Shown here one piece after another: positions 36,422 to 46,882 of a DNA stretch of 64,000 nt. A program made the translations under genes and the position numbers. The first letter of the stretch is position 1. Every line of letters begins with the position of its first letter. A model generated the notes under the pieces. That model saw only the letters and a program-made list of their open reading frames with translations. It was not told where the DNA came from and made no database searches. The DNA is from an uncultured Rhodobacterales bacterium (lineage in GTDB: Bacteria; Pseudomonadota; Alphaproteobacteria; Rhodobacterales; Rhodobacteraceae), in NCBI GenBank assembly GCA_903845215.1, contig CAIMWI010000010.1, positions 30,141-94,140 on the forward strand, read 5' to 3'.

Positions 36422-37936
36422 ATGTCCCAAGCGCCAAGCGGTGCCCCTGCCCCCACCGAGGCGGGATCTTTGCGCCTAATAATCCTGTCGATCGGCATGT
36501 TGTTGTTTCTGGCAGCCCTTGACCAAAGCATCGTGTCCACCGCGCTGCCCACGATTGTGGCCAGTCTTGGTGGGGTCGAACATCTGTCTTGGGTGGTCAC
36601 GGCCTATATCCTAACCTCGACCATCGTCGCGCCGATTTACGGCAAACTGGGCGATCTTTACGGGCGGCGAAACACCATTTTTGTGTCGGTCGGTATTTTC
36701 ATTCTGGGGTCGATCATGTGTGGGGTCGCCAATTCGATGACCTTTCTGATCGTCTCGCGTGCCATACAGGGCTTGGGCGGCGGCGGGTTGTTTGTGCTGG
36801 CCTTGTCGGTGGTGGGCGATGCGGTGCCCCCGCGCGACCGCGGCAAGATCCAAGGCGTCTTTGCGGCGGTGTTTTCGACCTCGTCCATTTTGGGGCCACT
36901 GGCGGGTGGCTGGTTGACCGAACAGGCCAACTGGCACTGGATCTTCTTGATCAACGTGCCGTTGGGGTTACTGGCCCTTGTGGGGTTTGCCGCAAGCTTT
37001 AAACCCAAGGGCGTGCGCGTCAGTCACAAGATCGACTGGTGGGGCGCCATTGCCCTGACAGTGGGGCTTGGCGCATTGACGCTGCTGACCAGCCTTGGCG
37101 GGCGCAGCTTTGGGTGGACATCGGCCACAGCCGCAGGTTTGGCGGCGCTGACAGTGGTGGGGTTGATCGCCTTTGTGCGGATTGAACGGCGCGCGGCAGA
37201 GCCAATTTTGCCCATGACGCTGTTTGGCTTGAACGTGTTTTGGGTCACATCGATCTTGGGCTTTGTGGTGGGGGCCTGCCTGTTTGGCGCCATCACCTTC
37301 TTGCCGCTTTACTTGCAAATCGCCGAAGGCTCTTCGCCGACAGGATCGGGCTTGCAACTGATCCCGCTGACGCTGGGGATCGTGGGCGCCTCGACCTTGG
37401 CCGGTATTTATATGAGCAAAACCGGCAAATATAAAATCCTGCCTATTTTGGGCACGGGCCTTTTGACGCTTGGCATGCTTAGCCTGACACAGTTGCATTC
37501 CGAAACCGGCATGGTTTTGTTCAGCGCGCAACTGGTGCTGGTGGGGCTGGGCATGGGCTGCATCTTTCCGGTTCTGACCACCGCTGTGCAAAACGCCGTG
37601 CCGCGCCAATCTTTGGGCACGGCCACCGCCGCTGGCATCTTGCTGCGCCAAAGTGGCGGAGCCTTGGGGGTTGCGGCTTTTGGGGCCTTGTTTTCGGAAC
37701 GGTTGATCAGCGGTTTGGGCAGTTCGGCGGCTGAACTGGGCGGCGGGGCCCAACTGGGGCCGCAGATGATCGCCCAACTGTCGCCCGAGATGAAAGTCAT
37801 CGTGGCCGATTCCGTGATGAACGCCATCCACCCGATCTATTGGATTGCCGCCGCCATGGGTCTTGTGGCTTTTGCCTTCTCTTTCTTGCTGGAAGAAGTG
37901 CCCTTGATCAGCCGCGCCGTTCCCTCGGGCGAATAG
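36422..37936 (+). CDS. MFS transporter, DHA2 (EmrB/QacA) 14-TM drug efflux family
   Basis: 504 aa. Motifs LDQSIVSTALPTI and GKLGDLYGRR. AGGAG lies 6 nt upstream of the ATG. Confidence 0.85.
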   Translation: MSQAPSGAPAPTEAGSLRLIILSIGMLLFLAALDQSIVSTALPTIVASLGGVEHLSWVVTAYILTSTIVAPIYGKLGDLYGRRNTIFVSVGIFILGSIMCGVANSMTFLIVSRAIQGLGGGGLFVLALSVVGDAVPPRDRGKIQGVFAAVFSTSSILGPLAGGWLTEQANWHWIFLINVPLGLLALVGFAASFKPKGVRVSHKIDWWGAIALTVGLGALTLLTSLGGRSFGWTSATAAGLAALTVVGLIAFVRIERRAAEPILPMTLFGLNVFWVTSILGFVVGACLFGAITFLPLYLQIAEGSSPTGSGLQLIPLTLGIVGASTLAGIYMSKTGKYKILPILGTGLLTLGMLSLTQLHSETGMVLFSAQLVLVGLGMGCIFPVLTTAVQNAVPRQSLGTATAAGILLRQSGGALGVAAFGALFSERLISGLGSSAAELGGGAQLGPQMIAQLSPEMKVIVADSVMNAIHPIYWIAAAMGLVAFAFSFLLEEVPLISRAVPSGE

Positions 37937-37945
37937 GGCAAAACA

Positions 37946-37977
37946 CGCTTTTGGCTGGGTAAATCCGGCCAAAAGCG
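37946..37977 (+). terminator. perfect 10-bp hairpin (CGCTTTTGGC-N12-GCCAAAAGCG) downstream of the MFS gene
   Basis: Read directly from the sequence. There is no clear U-tract, so terminator function is tentative. Confidence 0.4.
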
Positions 37978-38145
37978 GCATACTTTGGCATACATTTCAG
38001 CTCTTTCGCCAAAATATTGCGCGCAACGGTTTCATTTGCTGATTTCTTGAACAAATCCCCAAGCGGCCCCTTGCGCTGCACCGCAGCACTTATAGGATGA
38101 TTGGTCAATTCTGCGGCCTTAGCCCGCAGACACCTAGGGGCAGCC

Positions 38146-41100
38146 ATGACCGAGTTTAAAAAGATCCTGATCGCCAACCGCGGCGAAATCGCCATCCGCG
38201 TCATGCGCGGCGCCAATGAACTGGGCAAAAAGACAGTCGCTGTTTATGCCGAAGAAGACAAACTGTCGCTGCACCGCTTTAAAGCCGACGAGGCCTATCT
38301 GATCGGTGAAGGCCTGTCGCCCGTGGGGGCCTATCTGTCGATTGCCGAAATCATTCGGGTGGCCAAAGATTCTGGCGCAGATGCCATTCATCCAGGCTAC
38401 GGTCTTTTGTCGGAAAACCCCGATCTGGTGGATGCCTGCGATCAAAACGGCATCACCTTTATCGGGCCAAAGGCCGAAACCATGCGCGCCTTGGGCGATA
38501 AGGCCAGCGCGCGACGGGTGGCGATGGATGCAGGCGTGCCGGTTATTCCTGCGACCGAAGTCTTGGGCAACGACTTTGCCGCCATCAAGGCCGAGGCGGC
38601 AGCGGTGGGCTATCCGTTGATGCTCAAAGCCTCATGGGGGGGCGGTGGGCGCGGGATGCGGCCCGTTCTGGGACCGGACGAGTTGGAAACCAAAGTGCTG
38701 GAAGGCCGGCGCGAGGCGGAAGCCGCCTTTGGCAATGGCGAGGGCTATCTGGAAAAGATGATCCTGCGTGCGCGCCATGTGGAAGTGCAAATTCTGGGCG
38801 ACAAGCACGGCGAGATTTACCACCTGTACGAGCGCGACTGCACCGTTCAGCGTCGCAACCAAAAGGTCGTCGAACGCGCCCCGGCGCCCTATTTAACCGA
38901 AGCGCAGCGCGCCGAAGTCTGCGATCTGGGCCGCCGCATCTGTGCCCATGTGGGTTACGAATGTGCGGGCACCGTTGAATTCCTGATGGATATGGACACA
39001 TCGAAGTTCTATTTCATCGAAGTGAACCCCCGCGTTCAGGTTGAACACACCGTCACCGAACAGGTGACGGGCATTGACATCGTTCAGGCGCAAATCCTGA
39101 TCGCCGAAGGCAAGACTTTGGCCGAAGCCACCGGCGTGCCGTCCCAAGCCGAGGTGCGCCTGACGGGCCACGCCCTGCAATGCCGTGTCACCACCGAAGA
39201 CCCGCAAAACAACTTCATCCCCGATTATGGCCGTCTGACGGCCTATCGGTCGGCCACAGGCAACGGCATCCGGCTTGATGGTGGCACGGCCTATGCCGGA
39301 TCGGTCATCACGCGCTATTACGATTCGCTTTTGGTCAAGGTCACCGCTTGGGCGCAAACCCCGCAGGCGGCCATCACACGGATGGACCGCGCCCTGTCGG
39401 AATTTCGCATTCGCGGCGTGTCGACCAATATCGAATTCGTCATCAACCTGCTAAAGCACCCGACGTTCCTAGATTATTCCTATACCACCAAGTTCATCGA
39501 CACGACACCCGACCTGTTCACCTTCAAAAAGCGTCAAGACCGCGCGACCAAGATCCTGACCTATATCGCCGACATCACCGTCAACGGGCATCCTGAAACC
39601 GCAGGCCGCGCCAAACCCGCCGCCGAAGCCCGCAAGGCCCGCGCGCCCAAGCCCAAAGTCGGGGCCGAGGCCCTGATGGGCACCCGCAACCTGTTGGAAC
39701 AAAAAGGCCCGCAGGCCGTGGCCGACTGGATGTTGAAGCAGAAAAAGGTGCTGATCACCGACACAACCATGCGCGATGGCCACCAGTCGCTTTTGGCCAC
39801 GCGGATGCGGTCCTTCGATATGATCAAGGTGGCCCCTGCCTATGCCGCCAACCTTAGCCAATTGTTCAGCGTGGAATGCTGGGGCGGGGCCACCTTTGAT
39901 GTGGCCTACCGCTTCTTGCAGGAATGCCCGTGGCAACGCCTGCGCGATCTGCGCGCGCAGATGCCGAATTTGATGACCCAGATGCTGCTGCGCGCGTCAA
40001 ACGGGGTGGGCTATACGAACTATCCCGACAACGTGGTGCGATCCTTTGTGTCGCAGGCGGCCACATCGGGCGTCGATGTGTTTCGGGTGTTTGACAGCCT
40101 GAACTGGGTGGAAAACATGCGCGTGGCGATGGATGCCGTGCTCGAGGCGAATAAGGTCTGCGAAGGCACGTTGTGCTATACCGGCGATATGCTGGATCCC
40201 AACCGCGCCAAGTATAATTTGAAATACTACGTCGATCTGGCGAAGGAACTGAAAGCCGCAGGCGCCCATGTGCTGGGGCTAAAAGATATGGCGGGGCTGT
40301 TAAAACCCGCCGCTGCGCGCCAATTGGTCAAGACCCTCAAGCAAGAAGTGGGCCTGCCCGTCCACTTTCACACCCATGACACCTCTGGTGCTGCTGCCGC
40401 CACGATTCTGGCTGCCTGCGATGCAGGCGTGGATGCGGTGGATGCTGCGATGGATGCCTTTTCGGGTGGCACCTCGCAGCCCTGCTTGGGCTCGATTGTC
40501 GAAGCCCTGCGCCACACCGACCGCGACACGGGGCTGGATATCGCCGCCATCCGCGAGATTTCCAACTATTGGGAGGCGGTGCGCGGCCAATATGCGGCCT
40601 TTGAAAGCGGGCTGCCCGCCCCTGCCTCGGAAGTGTATTTACACGAGATGCCCGGCGGTCAGTTCACCAATCTAAAGGCCCAAGCCCGCAGCCTTGGGCT
40701 GGAAGACCGCTGGCACGAAGTGGCCCAAGCCTACGCCGATGCCAACCAGATGTTCGGCGATATCGTCAAGGTCACGCCCTCGTCCAAAGTCGTGGGCGAC
40801 ATGGCCTTGATGATGGTGGCCCAAGGCCTGACCCGCGCGCAAGTCGAAGACCCCGCCGTGGATGTGGCCTTTCCAGATTCGGTGGCCGATATGCTTAAGG
40901 GCAATATCGGCCAGCCCCATGGCGGCTGGCCTGTGGGCATCCAGAAAAAGGTGCTTAAAGGCGATGCCCCGCTGACCGAACGCCCTGGCAAAAATATGCC
41001 CTCGGTTGATCTGGAAGCCACCCGCGCCAAGCTGATGAAAGATCTGGGCATCAAGATTGATGATGAAGACTTGAACGGCTACCTGATGTATCCCAAGGTT

Positions 41101-41595
41101 TTCTTGGATTACATCAGCCGCCACCTCGCCTATGGCCCCGTGCGCGTGTTGCCGACCAAGACCTTCTTTTACGGCATGGAAGCGGGCGAGGAAATCTCGG
41201 CCGAAATCGACCCGGGTAAAACGCTAGAGATCCGCCTGCAAGCCGTGGGCGATACAACCGACGAAGGCGATGTGCGGGTGTTCTTTGAACTGAACGGCCA
41301 ACCGCGCGTGATCCGCGTGCCCAACCGCGCCATCAAAAGCAAAACCGCCGCCAAGCCGAAAGCCAGCGAGGGCAACCCCGCCCATATCGGCGCGCCTATG
41401 CCCGGGTCAATCGCCTCGGTCGGGATTATGGTGGGCCAAAAGGTCAATGCCGGGGATCTGATGCTGACGATCGAAGCGATGAAGATGGAAACCGGCATCC
41501 ACGCCGACCGCGCCGGTGTGATCAAGGCGCTGTATGTCCAACCCGGCAGCCAGATCGAGGCGAAAGATTTGCTGATCGAGTTCGAGCAGGCCTAA
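38146..41595 (+). CDS. pyc: pyruvate carboxylase
   Basis: About 1149 aa from ATG 38146. Biotin carboxylase N-domain (KILIANRGEIAIRV), carboxyltransferase (DTTMRDGHQS) and a C-terminal biotinyl motif EAMKME. Confidence 0.97.
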   Translation: MTEFKKILIANRGEIAIRVMRGANELGKKTVAVYAEEDKLSLHRFKADEAYLIGEGLSPVGAYLSIAEIIRVAKDSGADAIHPGYGLLSENPDLVDACDQNGITFIGPKAETMRALGDKASARRVAMDAGVPVIPATEVLGNDFAAIKAEAAAVGYPLMLKASWGGGGRGMRPVLGPDELETKVLEGRREAEAAFGNGEGYLEKMILRARHVEVQILGDKHGEIYHLYERDCTVQRRNQKVVERAPAPYLTEAQRAEVCDLGRRICAHVGYECAGTVEFLMDMDTSKFYFIEVNPRVQVEHTVTEQVTGIDIVQAQILIAEGKTLAEATGVPSQAEVRLTGHALQCRVTTEDPQNNFIPDYGRLTAYRSATGNGIRLDGGTAYAGSVITRYYDSLLVKVTAWAQTPQAAITRMDRALSEFRIRGVSTNIEFVINLLKHPTFLDYSYTTKFIDTTPDLFTFKKRQDRATKILTYIADITVNGHPETAGRAKPAAEARKARAPKPKVGAEALMGTRNLLEQKGPQAVADWMLKQKKVLITDTTMRDGHQSLLATRMRSFDMIKVAPAYAANLSQLFSVECWGGATFDVAYRFLQECPWQRLRDLRAQMPNLMTQMLLRASNGVGYTNYPDNVVRSFVSQAATSGVDVFRVFDSLNWVENMRVAMDAVLEANKVCEGTLCYTGDMLDPNRAKYNLKYYVDLAKELKAAGAHVLGLKDMAGLLKPAAARQLVKTLKQEVGLPVHFHTHDTSGAAAATILAACDAGVDAVDAAMDAFSGGTSQPCLGSIVEALRHTDRDTGLDIAAIREISNYWEAVRGQYAAFESGLPAPASEVYLHEMPGGQFTNLKAQARSLGLEDRWHEVAQAYADANQMFGDIVKVTPSSKVVGDMALMMVAQGLTRAQVEDPAVDVAFPDSVADMLKGNIGQPHGGWPVGIQKKVLKGDAPLTERPGKNMPSVDLEATRAKLMKDLGIKIDDEDLNGYLMYPKVFLDYISRHLAYGPVRVLPTKTFFYGMEAGEEISAEIDPGKTLEIRLQAVGDTTDEGDVRVFFELNGQPRVIRVPNRAIKSKTAAKPKASEGNPAHIGAPMPGSIASVGIMVGQKVNAGDLMLTIEAMKMETGIHADRAGVIKALYVQPGSQIEAKDLLIEFEQA

Positions 41596-41602
41596 GTCAA
41601 AG

Positions 41603-41645
41603 CCAAATATGCGCGGCGGTTGCTTTTCCTCTTGCAGCGCCGCGC
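41603..41645 (+). repeat. CCAAATAT box followed by GC hairpin (GCGCGGCG...CGCCGCGC) just after the pyc stop
   Basis: 8-bp stem at 41611-41618 / 41638-41645. The AT-box-plus-GC-hairpin layout resembles the elements at 32962 and 61764. Confidence 0.35.
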
Positions 41646-41677
41646 GTGCTTGACTATCTGACCGCCAGCGACGGAGT

Positions 41678-41752
41678 GCGGGCGTAGCTCAGGGGTAGAG
41701 CATAACCTTGCCAAGGTTAGGGTCGAGGGTTCGAATCCCTTCGCCCGCTCCA
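41678..41752 (+). tRNA. tRNA-Gly (anticodon GCC), copy 1
   Basis: Hand-folded 75-nt cloverleaf. Acceptor GCGGGCG/CGCCCGC, anticodon loop TTGCCAA, T-loop TTCGAAT, encoded CCA. Confidence 0.9.
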
Positions 41753-41761
41753 ATCGCAGGC

Positions 41762-42370
41762 TTAAACGGCACCTTCGGGTGCCGTTTTGCGTTTGCGCTG
41801 CCAAAGTTCCAGCAGCGCGAGGTTCAAGATCCACGACCCCCACGCTGTGATGTCATAGGTCTGCGCCACAGTCCAACCGCTGGCCATCAAGGGGAACATA
41901 ATCAGCCGCAAGGTGACGGCGGCAAAGGTCAGCGCGATCGAGCGTTCCATCCACCAGCGGTGGCGCGCCAGATCGCCGCGCATCGCAAGCTGGATGCCCT
42001 TGATGGTCGTCAAAAGCCACAAAGCCCCCAGCACCCCAAACCCCACCCGCGCAAAATTTGACGCTTCGGATGTGGGGGCAAGGGTCATGCCCGCCACACC
42101 CGCGACCAGAACCGCCGCCCCGTAAACCCGCCCCACATAGCGGTGCAAACGCGGCCAGTGTTGACGCATCCGTCCTGACAGTTGCAAAGGTGCCAAGGCC
42201 AGCGCCAAGGGGCCGCCTAGAATATGGCCCCAAAGCCGCCACGGTGCCGAGTCCAAAAAATGCGCCATGTTGGGCATCACGAGGGACAAAGGGGCGATCA
42301 ACCCCCGCAAAGAGGAAAGCGCGATCAAAAGCGACAGGATCGCAAAGGCCCAATAGGTGATGCGGGACAT
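41762..42370 (-). CDS. DUF2306-like integral membrane protein
   Basis: 202-aa ORF with about 5-6 TM segments. The HRYVGRVYG motif fits my recollection of DUF2306. Confidence 0.6.
   Translation of the reverse strand: MSRITYWAFAILSLLIALSSLRGLIAPLSLVMPNMAHFLDSAPWRLWGHILGGPLALALAPLQLSGRMRQHWPRLHRYVGRVYGAAVLVAGVAGMTLAPTSEASNFARVGFGVLGALWLLTTIKGIQLAMRGDLARHRWWMERSIALTFAAVTLRLIMFPLMASGWTVAQTYDITAWGSWILNLALLELWQRKRKTAPEGAV
41765..41795 (+). terminator. rho-independent terminator after tRNA-Gly copy 1
   Basis: AACGGCACC-TTCG-GGTGCCGTT followed by TTGCGTTTG. It overlaps the 3' end of the convergent DUF2306 ORF. Confidence 0.7.
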
Positions 42371-42452
42371 GGCACGCTCCTTGACAGTGTAAAGCTACCC
42401 CTTGGTCGCAGATCAGCTTGACACTGTCAACCTGCCGCGCAAAACTATCTGC

Positions 42453-43010
42453 ATGATCGAAACACCCCCCCTGCGCGAAGCCTTGATCCAAGCCGGCATC
42501 GCCCTTTTGGCCGAAGGCGGACCCGCCGCTTTGACGCTGCGGCAAGCGGCCCTGCGCGCGGGCGTGTCACACGCCGCCCCCGCGCATCATTTCAGCGGAC
42601 TGCCCGGGCTTTTAACCGCCATCGCCGCACGCGCCTTTGACACCTTCGCCCAAACCCTGCAAACCGCCCGCGATGGGGCAGGCGACGACCCGCGCGCACG
42701 ATTGCACGGCATCTGTCAGGGCTATCTGACCTTTGCCGCAACCCATGCCGGCCTGTTTCATCTGATGTTCACCGCCCCCGAGGTTGACCGCCGCGATCCC
42801 GCCCTAGACCCTGCCGCAGCCCTTTCTTACCAAATCTTGCAACAGGCCTGCCGCCCCTTTGCCACCCACCCCGATGACCGCCTAGAAGTGTCGGTCTGGT
42901 CGATGGTGCATGGCTACGCCGCCTTGGGCTTTTGCACCCCCGCCCCGCCCCGGCCCATGGCAAAGCCGCCTAAATTTTCCGACCTTTTGGACGAATTGCT
43001 GCGCAGCTGA
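42453..43010 (+). CDS. TetR/AcrR family transcriptional regulator
   Basis: Start at ATG 42453. The HTH LTLRQAALRAGVSHAAPAHHF is a TetR signature. Divergent from the DUF2306 gene. Confidence 0.85.
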   Translation: MIETPPLREALIQAGIALLAEGGPAALTLRQAALRAGVSHAAPAHHFSGLPGLLTAIAARAFDTFAQTLQTARDGAGDDPRARLHGICQGYLTFAATHAGLFHLMFTAPEVDRRDPALDPAAALSYQILQQACRPFATHPDDRLEVSVWSMVHGYAALGFCTPAPPRPMAKPPKFSDLLDELLRS

Positions 43011-43074
43011 CAAAAACCCGTCACAAACCCGCTTGCCCCCGCCCGCGACACGCGCTAGTAAACCGCCACGGAGT

Positions 43075-43149
43075 GCGGGCGTAGCTCAGGGGTAGAGCAT
43101 AACCTTGCCAAGGTTAGGGTCGAGGGTTCGAATCCCTTCGCCCGCTCCA
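43075..43149 (+). tRNA. tRNA-Gly (anticodon GCC), copy 2, identical to copy 1
   Basis: The same 75 nt as 41678-41752. Identity extends 7 nt upstream (ACGGAGT) and 1 nt downstream. Confidence 0.9.
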
Positions 43150-43154
43150 ACAAA

Positions 43155-43190
43155 AAGGGTCAGCCGATGGGCTGGCCCTTTTGCTTTTGG
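43155..43190 (+). terminator. rho-independent terminator after tRNA-Gly copy 2
   Basis: 11-bp stem AAGGGTCAGCC-GATG-GGCTGGCCCTT followed by TTGCTTTTGG. Confidence 0.75.
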
Positions 43191-43253
43191 CGCGTGGTTT
43201 TCCTTTGGAACCGGGTGTGAACGCCGTAGATTGGCAGGAAAACGGGGGGCATC

Positions 43254-44618
43254 ATGGTGCAGTTTGTGGCGGTGATCGACATTGGCAAGACCAATGCCAA
43301 GGTGTTGCTGATGGATCTGTCAAATGGCTCTGAGGCGGCAGTGTTCAAAACACCCAACCCCGTGATCCAAACCGCCCCCTATGCGCATTTTGACACAGAG
43401 GCGCTTTGGGCCTTTGTCGGCGCCAGCCTGAAAACCCTTGGCGCAAAACACCGCATCGACGCCATCTCGATCACCACGCACGGCGCTTGTGCGGCCTTGG
43501 TGGATGCAGCGGGGGCCTTGGTGCTGCCCATTTTGGATTATGAGCACGCAGGCCCTGACAGTCTGGCGGCATATAACGCCCTGCGCCCGCCGTTTGGCGA
43601 AACAGGCGCGCCGCGCTTGCCGGGGGGGTTGAACCTTGGCGCGCAGATCTATTGGCTGGCGCAAACCCACCCCACAGCCTTCGCCCGAACTGCGCATATC
43701 CTGACCTATCCGCAATATTGGGCGCATCGGCTAACGGGGGTTGCGGCATCGGAAGTGACCTCGCTTGGCTGTCATACCGATCTGTGGAACCCTTGGGCGG
43801 GCAGCTTTTCCAATTTGGTCGCCGCCCAAGGGTGGGAGCGGTTGTTTCCGCCCGTTCTTCCCGCCGCAGCCCCATTCGCCCTAAAGTCTGATCTGGCCGC
43901 AGACCTTGGCCTGCCTGCGGGGCTGCCCGTCCATTCAGGCATTCATGATTCCAACGCCTCGCTTTTGCCCTATCTGGGCGGGGAGCCGGTGTTTTCGGTC
44001 GTCTCGACCGGGACTTGGATGATCAACATGGCCATCGGCGCGGCGCCCCTGCCCTTGGATGCGGCCCGCGATGTGCTGGTGAATGTCAACGCCTTGGGCG
44101 GCCCCACCCCCACCGCGCGCTATATGGGCGGGCTCGAGTTTGACAGCCTGACCCAAGGGCAGGTGGTCACCCCCACCGATCAAGACCGCCGCGCGGTGCT
44201 GGCGGGCATCTGGGCCCTGCCCTCGCTGCACCCCGACACTGGCCCCTTCCCCGGCCTAACCTTTGGATGGAGCGTTGAACCCCAAACCCACGGCCAGCGC
44301 TGTCTGGCGGCAAGCTATTACACCGCCCTGATGGGGGCGGAATGTTTGGGGCTGATCGGGGCAGAGGGGCCCATTCATGTTGAAGGCCCCTTTGCCAGCA
44401 ACCCTGATTTTGCGGCCATGCTGGCCACGGCCACGGGCCGCGCCGTGCTGCCTGCGGGGCAGTCTGCAGGAACAGGCTTGGGGGCGGCGATGCTGGCGGG
44501 GAATGTGCAATCCCAAAAGGCCAAGGGCGAACCGGTGCTGCCAGACCCGCTGCTGCGCCCCTATGCCACGGCGTGGCGCAGCAGCGTGCAAGATCTTTGG
44601 ACCAAGGCGCAGGCCTAG
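43254..44618 (+). CDS. rhaK: FGGY-family carbohydrate kinase, RhaK-like (rhamnose/rhamnulose kinase of the Rhizobium-type pathway)
   Basis: ASKHA N-terminal motif [14 protein letters not shown]. Its position against the rha transporter operon matches the rhaRSTPQUK model of Rhizobium leguminosarum. Confidence 0.7.
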   Translation: MVQFVAVIDIGKTNAKVLLMDLSNGSEAAVFKTPNPVIQTAPYAHFDTEALWAFVGASLKTLGAKHRIDAISITTHGACAALVDAAGALVLPILDYEHAGPDSLAAYNALRPPFGETGAPRLPGGLNLGAQIYWLAQTHPTAFARTAHILTYPQYWAHRLTGVAASEVTSLGCHTDLWNPWAGSFSNLVAAQGWERLFPPVLPAAAPFALKSDLAADLGLPAGLPVHSGIHDSNASLLPYLGGEPVFSVVSTGTWMINMAIGAAPLPLDAARDVLVNVNALGGPTPTARYMGGLEFDSLTQGQVVTPTDQDRRAVLAGIWALPSLHPDTGPFPGLTFGWSVEPQTHGQRCLAASYYTALMGAECLGLIGAEGPIHVEGPFASNPDFAAMLATATGRAVLPAGQSAGTGLGAAMLAGNVQSQKAKGEPVLPDPLLRPYATAWRSSVQDLWTKAQA

Positions 44619-44926
44619 GGCAGATAGAACGTCTCGATCAGATCCACCGACACGGGCGAGCCATCGGGATTGGTGCGCATGATATCGCCCATATAGGCCC
44701 ACCACTTTTGCATCACCGGATCGCGGGGCAACTCGGCCATGGTGTCATCGGGCCTGTGTTCCAGATAGCCAAACAAAATGCCTGTCTCTGGGTCCAGATG
44801 GATCGAGTAATTCGACACGCCTGCAGCCCTTAACAAGGCCGATAGTTCCGGCCAAATCGCATCATGGCGGCGGGTGTATTCTGCCTCCATCCCGGGGTTG
44901 AGGTACATTTTGAACGCATGCCGCAT
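44615..44926 (-). CDS. rhaM: L-rhamnose mutarotase
   Basis: 103 aa. [28 protein letters not shown]...NYSIH is the RhaM/RhaU signature. Confidence 0.9.
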   Translation of the reverse strand: MRHAFKMYLNPGMEAEYTRRHDAIWPELSALLRAAGVSNYSIHLDPETGILFGYLEHRPDDTMAELPRDPVMQKWWAYMGDIMRTNPDGSPVSVDLIETFYLP

Positions 44927-44936
44927 GGGGCCACCT

Positions 44937-45890
44937 TTAAGCTTTGGCGCGACGGGCGCGCAGGTCTTGGGTCAAGTTGGGGATCAAAACCGACGCGATC
45001 AGCAAGACCCCGATCACCCCCGTCTGGATATGGCCGGTGATATTGGTCAAAGCCATACCATTGCGCAGGTTCAAGATGATCAGGATCGACAGCACCACCC
45101 CTGTCATGCTGCCCTTGCCACCAAAGATGCTCACCCCGCCCAGCAGCACCATGGTGATGATGTCCAGCTCAAACCCCGTGCCCGCATCGCCGCGCACTGA
45201 ACCCAGACGTGCGGCATACAGCAAGCCTGCGAGGGCTGCGATAAAGCCGCTCATCAAGAACAGCACGGTCTTGACGCGCGCCACATTCAGCCCCGAAAAC
45301 CGCGCCACCTCGGCATTGGTGCCGATCACCACGATCTGGCGGCCAAAACCCGTGCGGTGCAGCAAAATGCCCAAACCGCCCAGAAAAACCAAAAACAACA
45401 CCAGCGACAAAGGCAAAGGCCCCAGCAGCGCATCTTGGCCCAGATGCGTGACCCATAGCGGAAAGTCGCCCATGCTTTGATCTTTCACCAACACCCGCGC
45501 AAAGCCGCGAAAGCCGATCAGCATGGCAAGCGTGACCACAAGCGAGGGTATCCCCGCCCGCGCAATCAACAGCGCGTTGATCATCCCCGCCATCAGCCCC
45601 ACGGCCAGACAGACCACGATCGCCCCCGCCGCCGGAAAGCCGCCCGTCACCAGATAGCCAAAGGTGCACGCCGATAGCCCCATGACAGAGGCCACCGACA
45701 GATCAATCTCGGCATTGATGATGATCAGCGTCATCACCAAGGCGACGATGATCTTTTCAATCGACAGCTGAAACAGGTTGATCTGGTTTTGAAGAGTTAG
45801 AAACTCCGGTGCCAGCATCACATTGCCGGCAAAGGTGGCAAGGAACAGCAGGGCCAAAAGCCCCTCCCATGTCATCAACCGCGCCATCAC
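44937..45890 (-). CDS. rhaQ: rhamnose ABC transporter permease (RhaQ-like)
   Basis: 317-aa polytopic protein of the ribose-type (BPD_transp_2) ABC permease family. Position is as in the rhaSTPQ model. Confidence 0.8.
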   Translation of the reverse strand: MMARLMTWEGLLALLFLATFAGNVMLAPEFLTLQNQINLFQLSIEKIIVALVMTLIIINAEIDLSVASVMGLSACTFGYLVTGGFPAAGAIVVCLAVGLMAGMINALLIARAGIPSLVVTLAMLIGFRGFARVLVKDQSMGDFPLWVTHLGQDALLGPLPLSLVLFLVFLGGLGILLHRTGFGRQIVVIGTNAEVARFSGLNVARVKTVLFLMSGFIAALAGLLYAARLGSVRGDAGTGFELDIITMVLLGGVSIFGGKGSMTGVVLSILIILNLRNGMALTNITGHIQTGVIGVLLIASVLIPNLTQDLRARRAKA

Positions 45891-46882
45891 GCGCCCCCCT
45901 TCCCGCCCAAGCGGCCAAGCGAGCGTGACATGACCGTGTCCACTGTTACCGCCGCCATGATCAGCATCCCCAACAGCGCATCGCGCCAGAATTCGGATAC
46001 CAGTTCCCAGCGGGTCAGCGAGTTGTCGATGGTATCGACCAGCACGCAGCCGATCACCACGCCGATCATGCTGCCCGACCCGCCAAGGATCGACACGCCC
46101 CCCACCACCACAGCCGCCACGGACTTCAGCTCAAACCCCATGCCTGCGACCACGGTGATATTGCCGAACTTGGCCAAAAAGATCAGCCCCGACAGGCCGG
46201 CAAAGGCGCCTGACAGCACAAAGGCCACAAAGACCACCATGCCCGCATTGATCCCCGCCATCACGGCCGCATCTGGGTTGGACCCCACCGCATAAATCCG
46301 CCGCGCCGCGCGCAGGCGGGTTAGGGCTAGTCCCATCGCAAGGGCCGACAGCAGGGCCAGAACCACCGTCACCCGCACATCCAGCCCAAACAGGCTAAAG
46401 GCATTGGCCTGCGGCAGATCAACCAGCCATTGCGGAAGGCTGGCAGTGGTGATGGTTTTGGCATCGGAATATTGCACCAAAAAGCTGCGATACAGCGCCA
46501 AGGTGCCCAGTGTGACGATGATCGACGGCACGCGCCCCCAAGCCACCAGCACCCCGTTGATCGCCCCCATCAGCCCGCCGATACCCATGGCCAGCAGCGC
46601 CACGGCCAAGGGGTGCAGGTCGGGATGGCCTCCCAAGAACTCGCCCGTCAGATAGGCCACAACCCCCACAGTTGACCCGATCGACAGGTCAATGTTGCGC
46701 GTCATCACCACAATCGCTTGGCCCACCGCAATCGGCAGGATCACCGCGGCTGATGTCGTGATGCGCGTGAACATGCGCGGCGACAGGTAGTTGTCGATCT
46801 GGGTGGAAAAGAACAACACCGTGGCAAGCAACGCGACAAACAGGGCGATGATGCGCAGGGTTTGGGGATGCAGGCGCGTCAT
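45887..46882 (-). CDS. rhaP: rhamnose ABC transporter permease (RhaP-like)
   Basis: 331-aa polytopic ribose-type permease. Start/stop overlaps with both neighbouring genes. Confidence 0.8.
   Translation of the reverse strand: MTRLHPQTLRIIALFVALLATVLFFSTQIDNYLSPRMFTRITTSAAVILPIAVGQAIVVMTRNIDLSIGSTVGVVAYLTGEFLGGHPDLHPLAVALLAMGIGGLMGAINGVLVAWGRVPSIIVTLGTLALYRSFLVQYSDAKTITTASLPQWLVDLPQANAFSLFGLDVRVTVVLALLSALAMGLALTRLRAARRIYAVGSNPDAAVMAGINAGMVVFVAFVLSGAFAGLSGLIFLAKFGNITVVAGMGFELKSVAAVVVGGVSILGGSGSMIGVVIGCVLVDTIDNSLTRWELVSEFWRDALLGMLIMAAVTVDTVMSRSLGRLGGKGGA

Noticed and set aside
36968-37981. 337-aa minus-strand ORF
   Set aside because: It is antisense to the DHA2 MFS transporter. Its basic, low-complexity product has no membrane or enzyme motifs.
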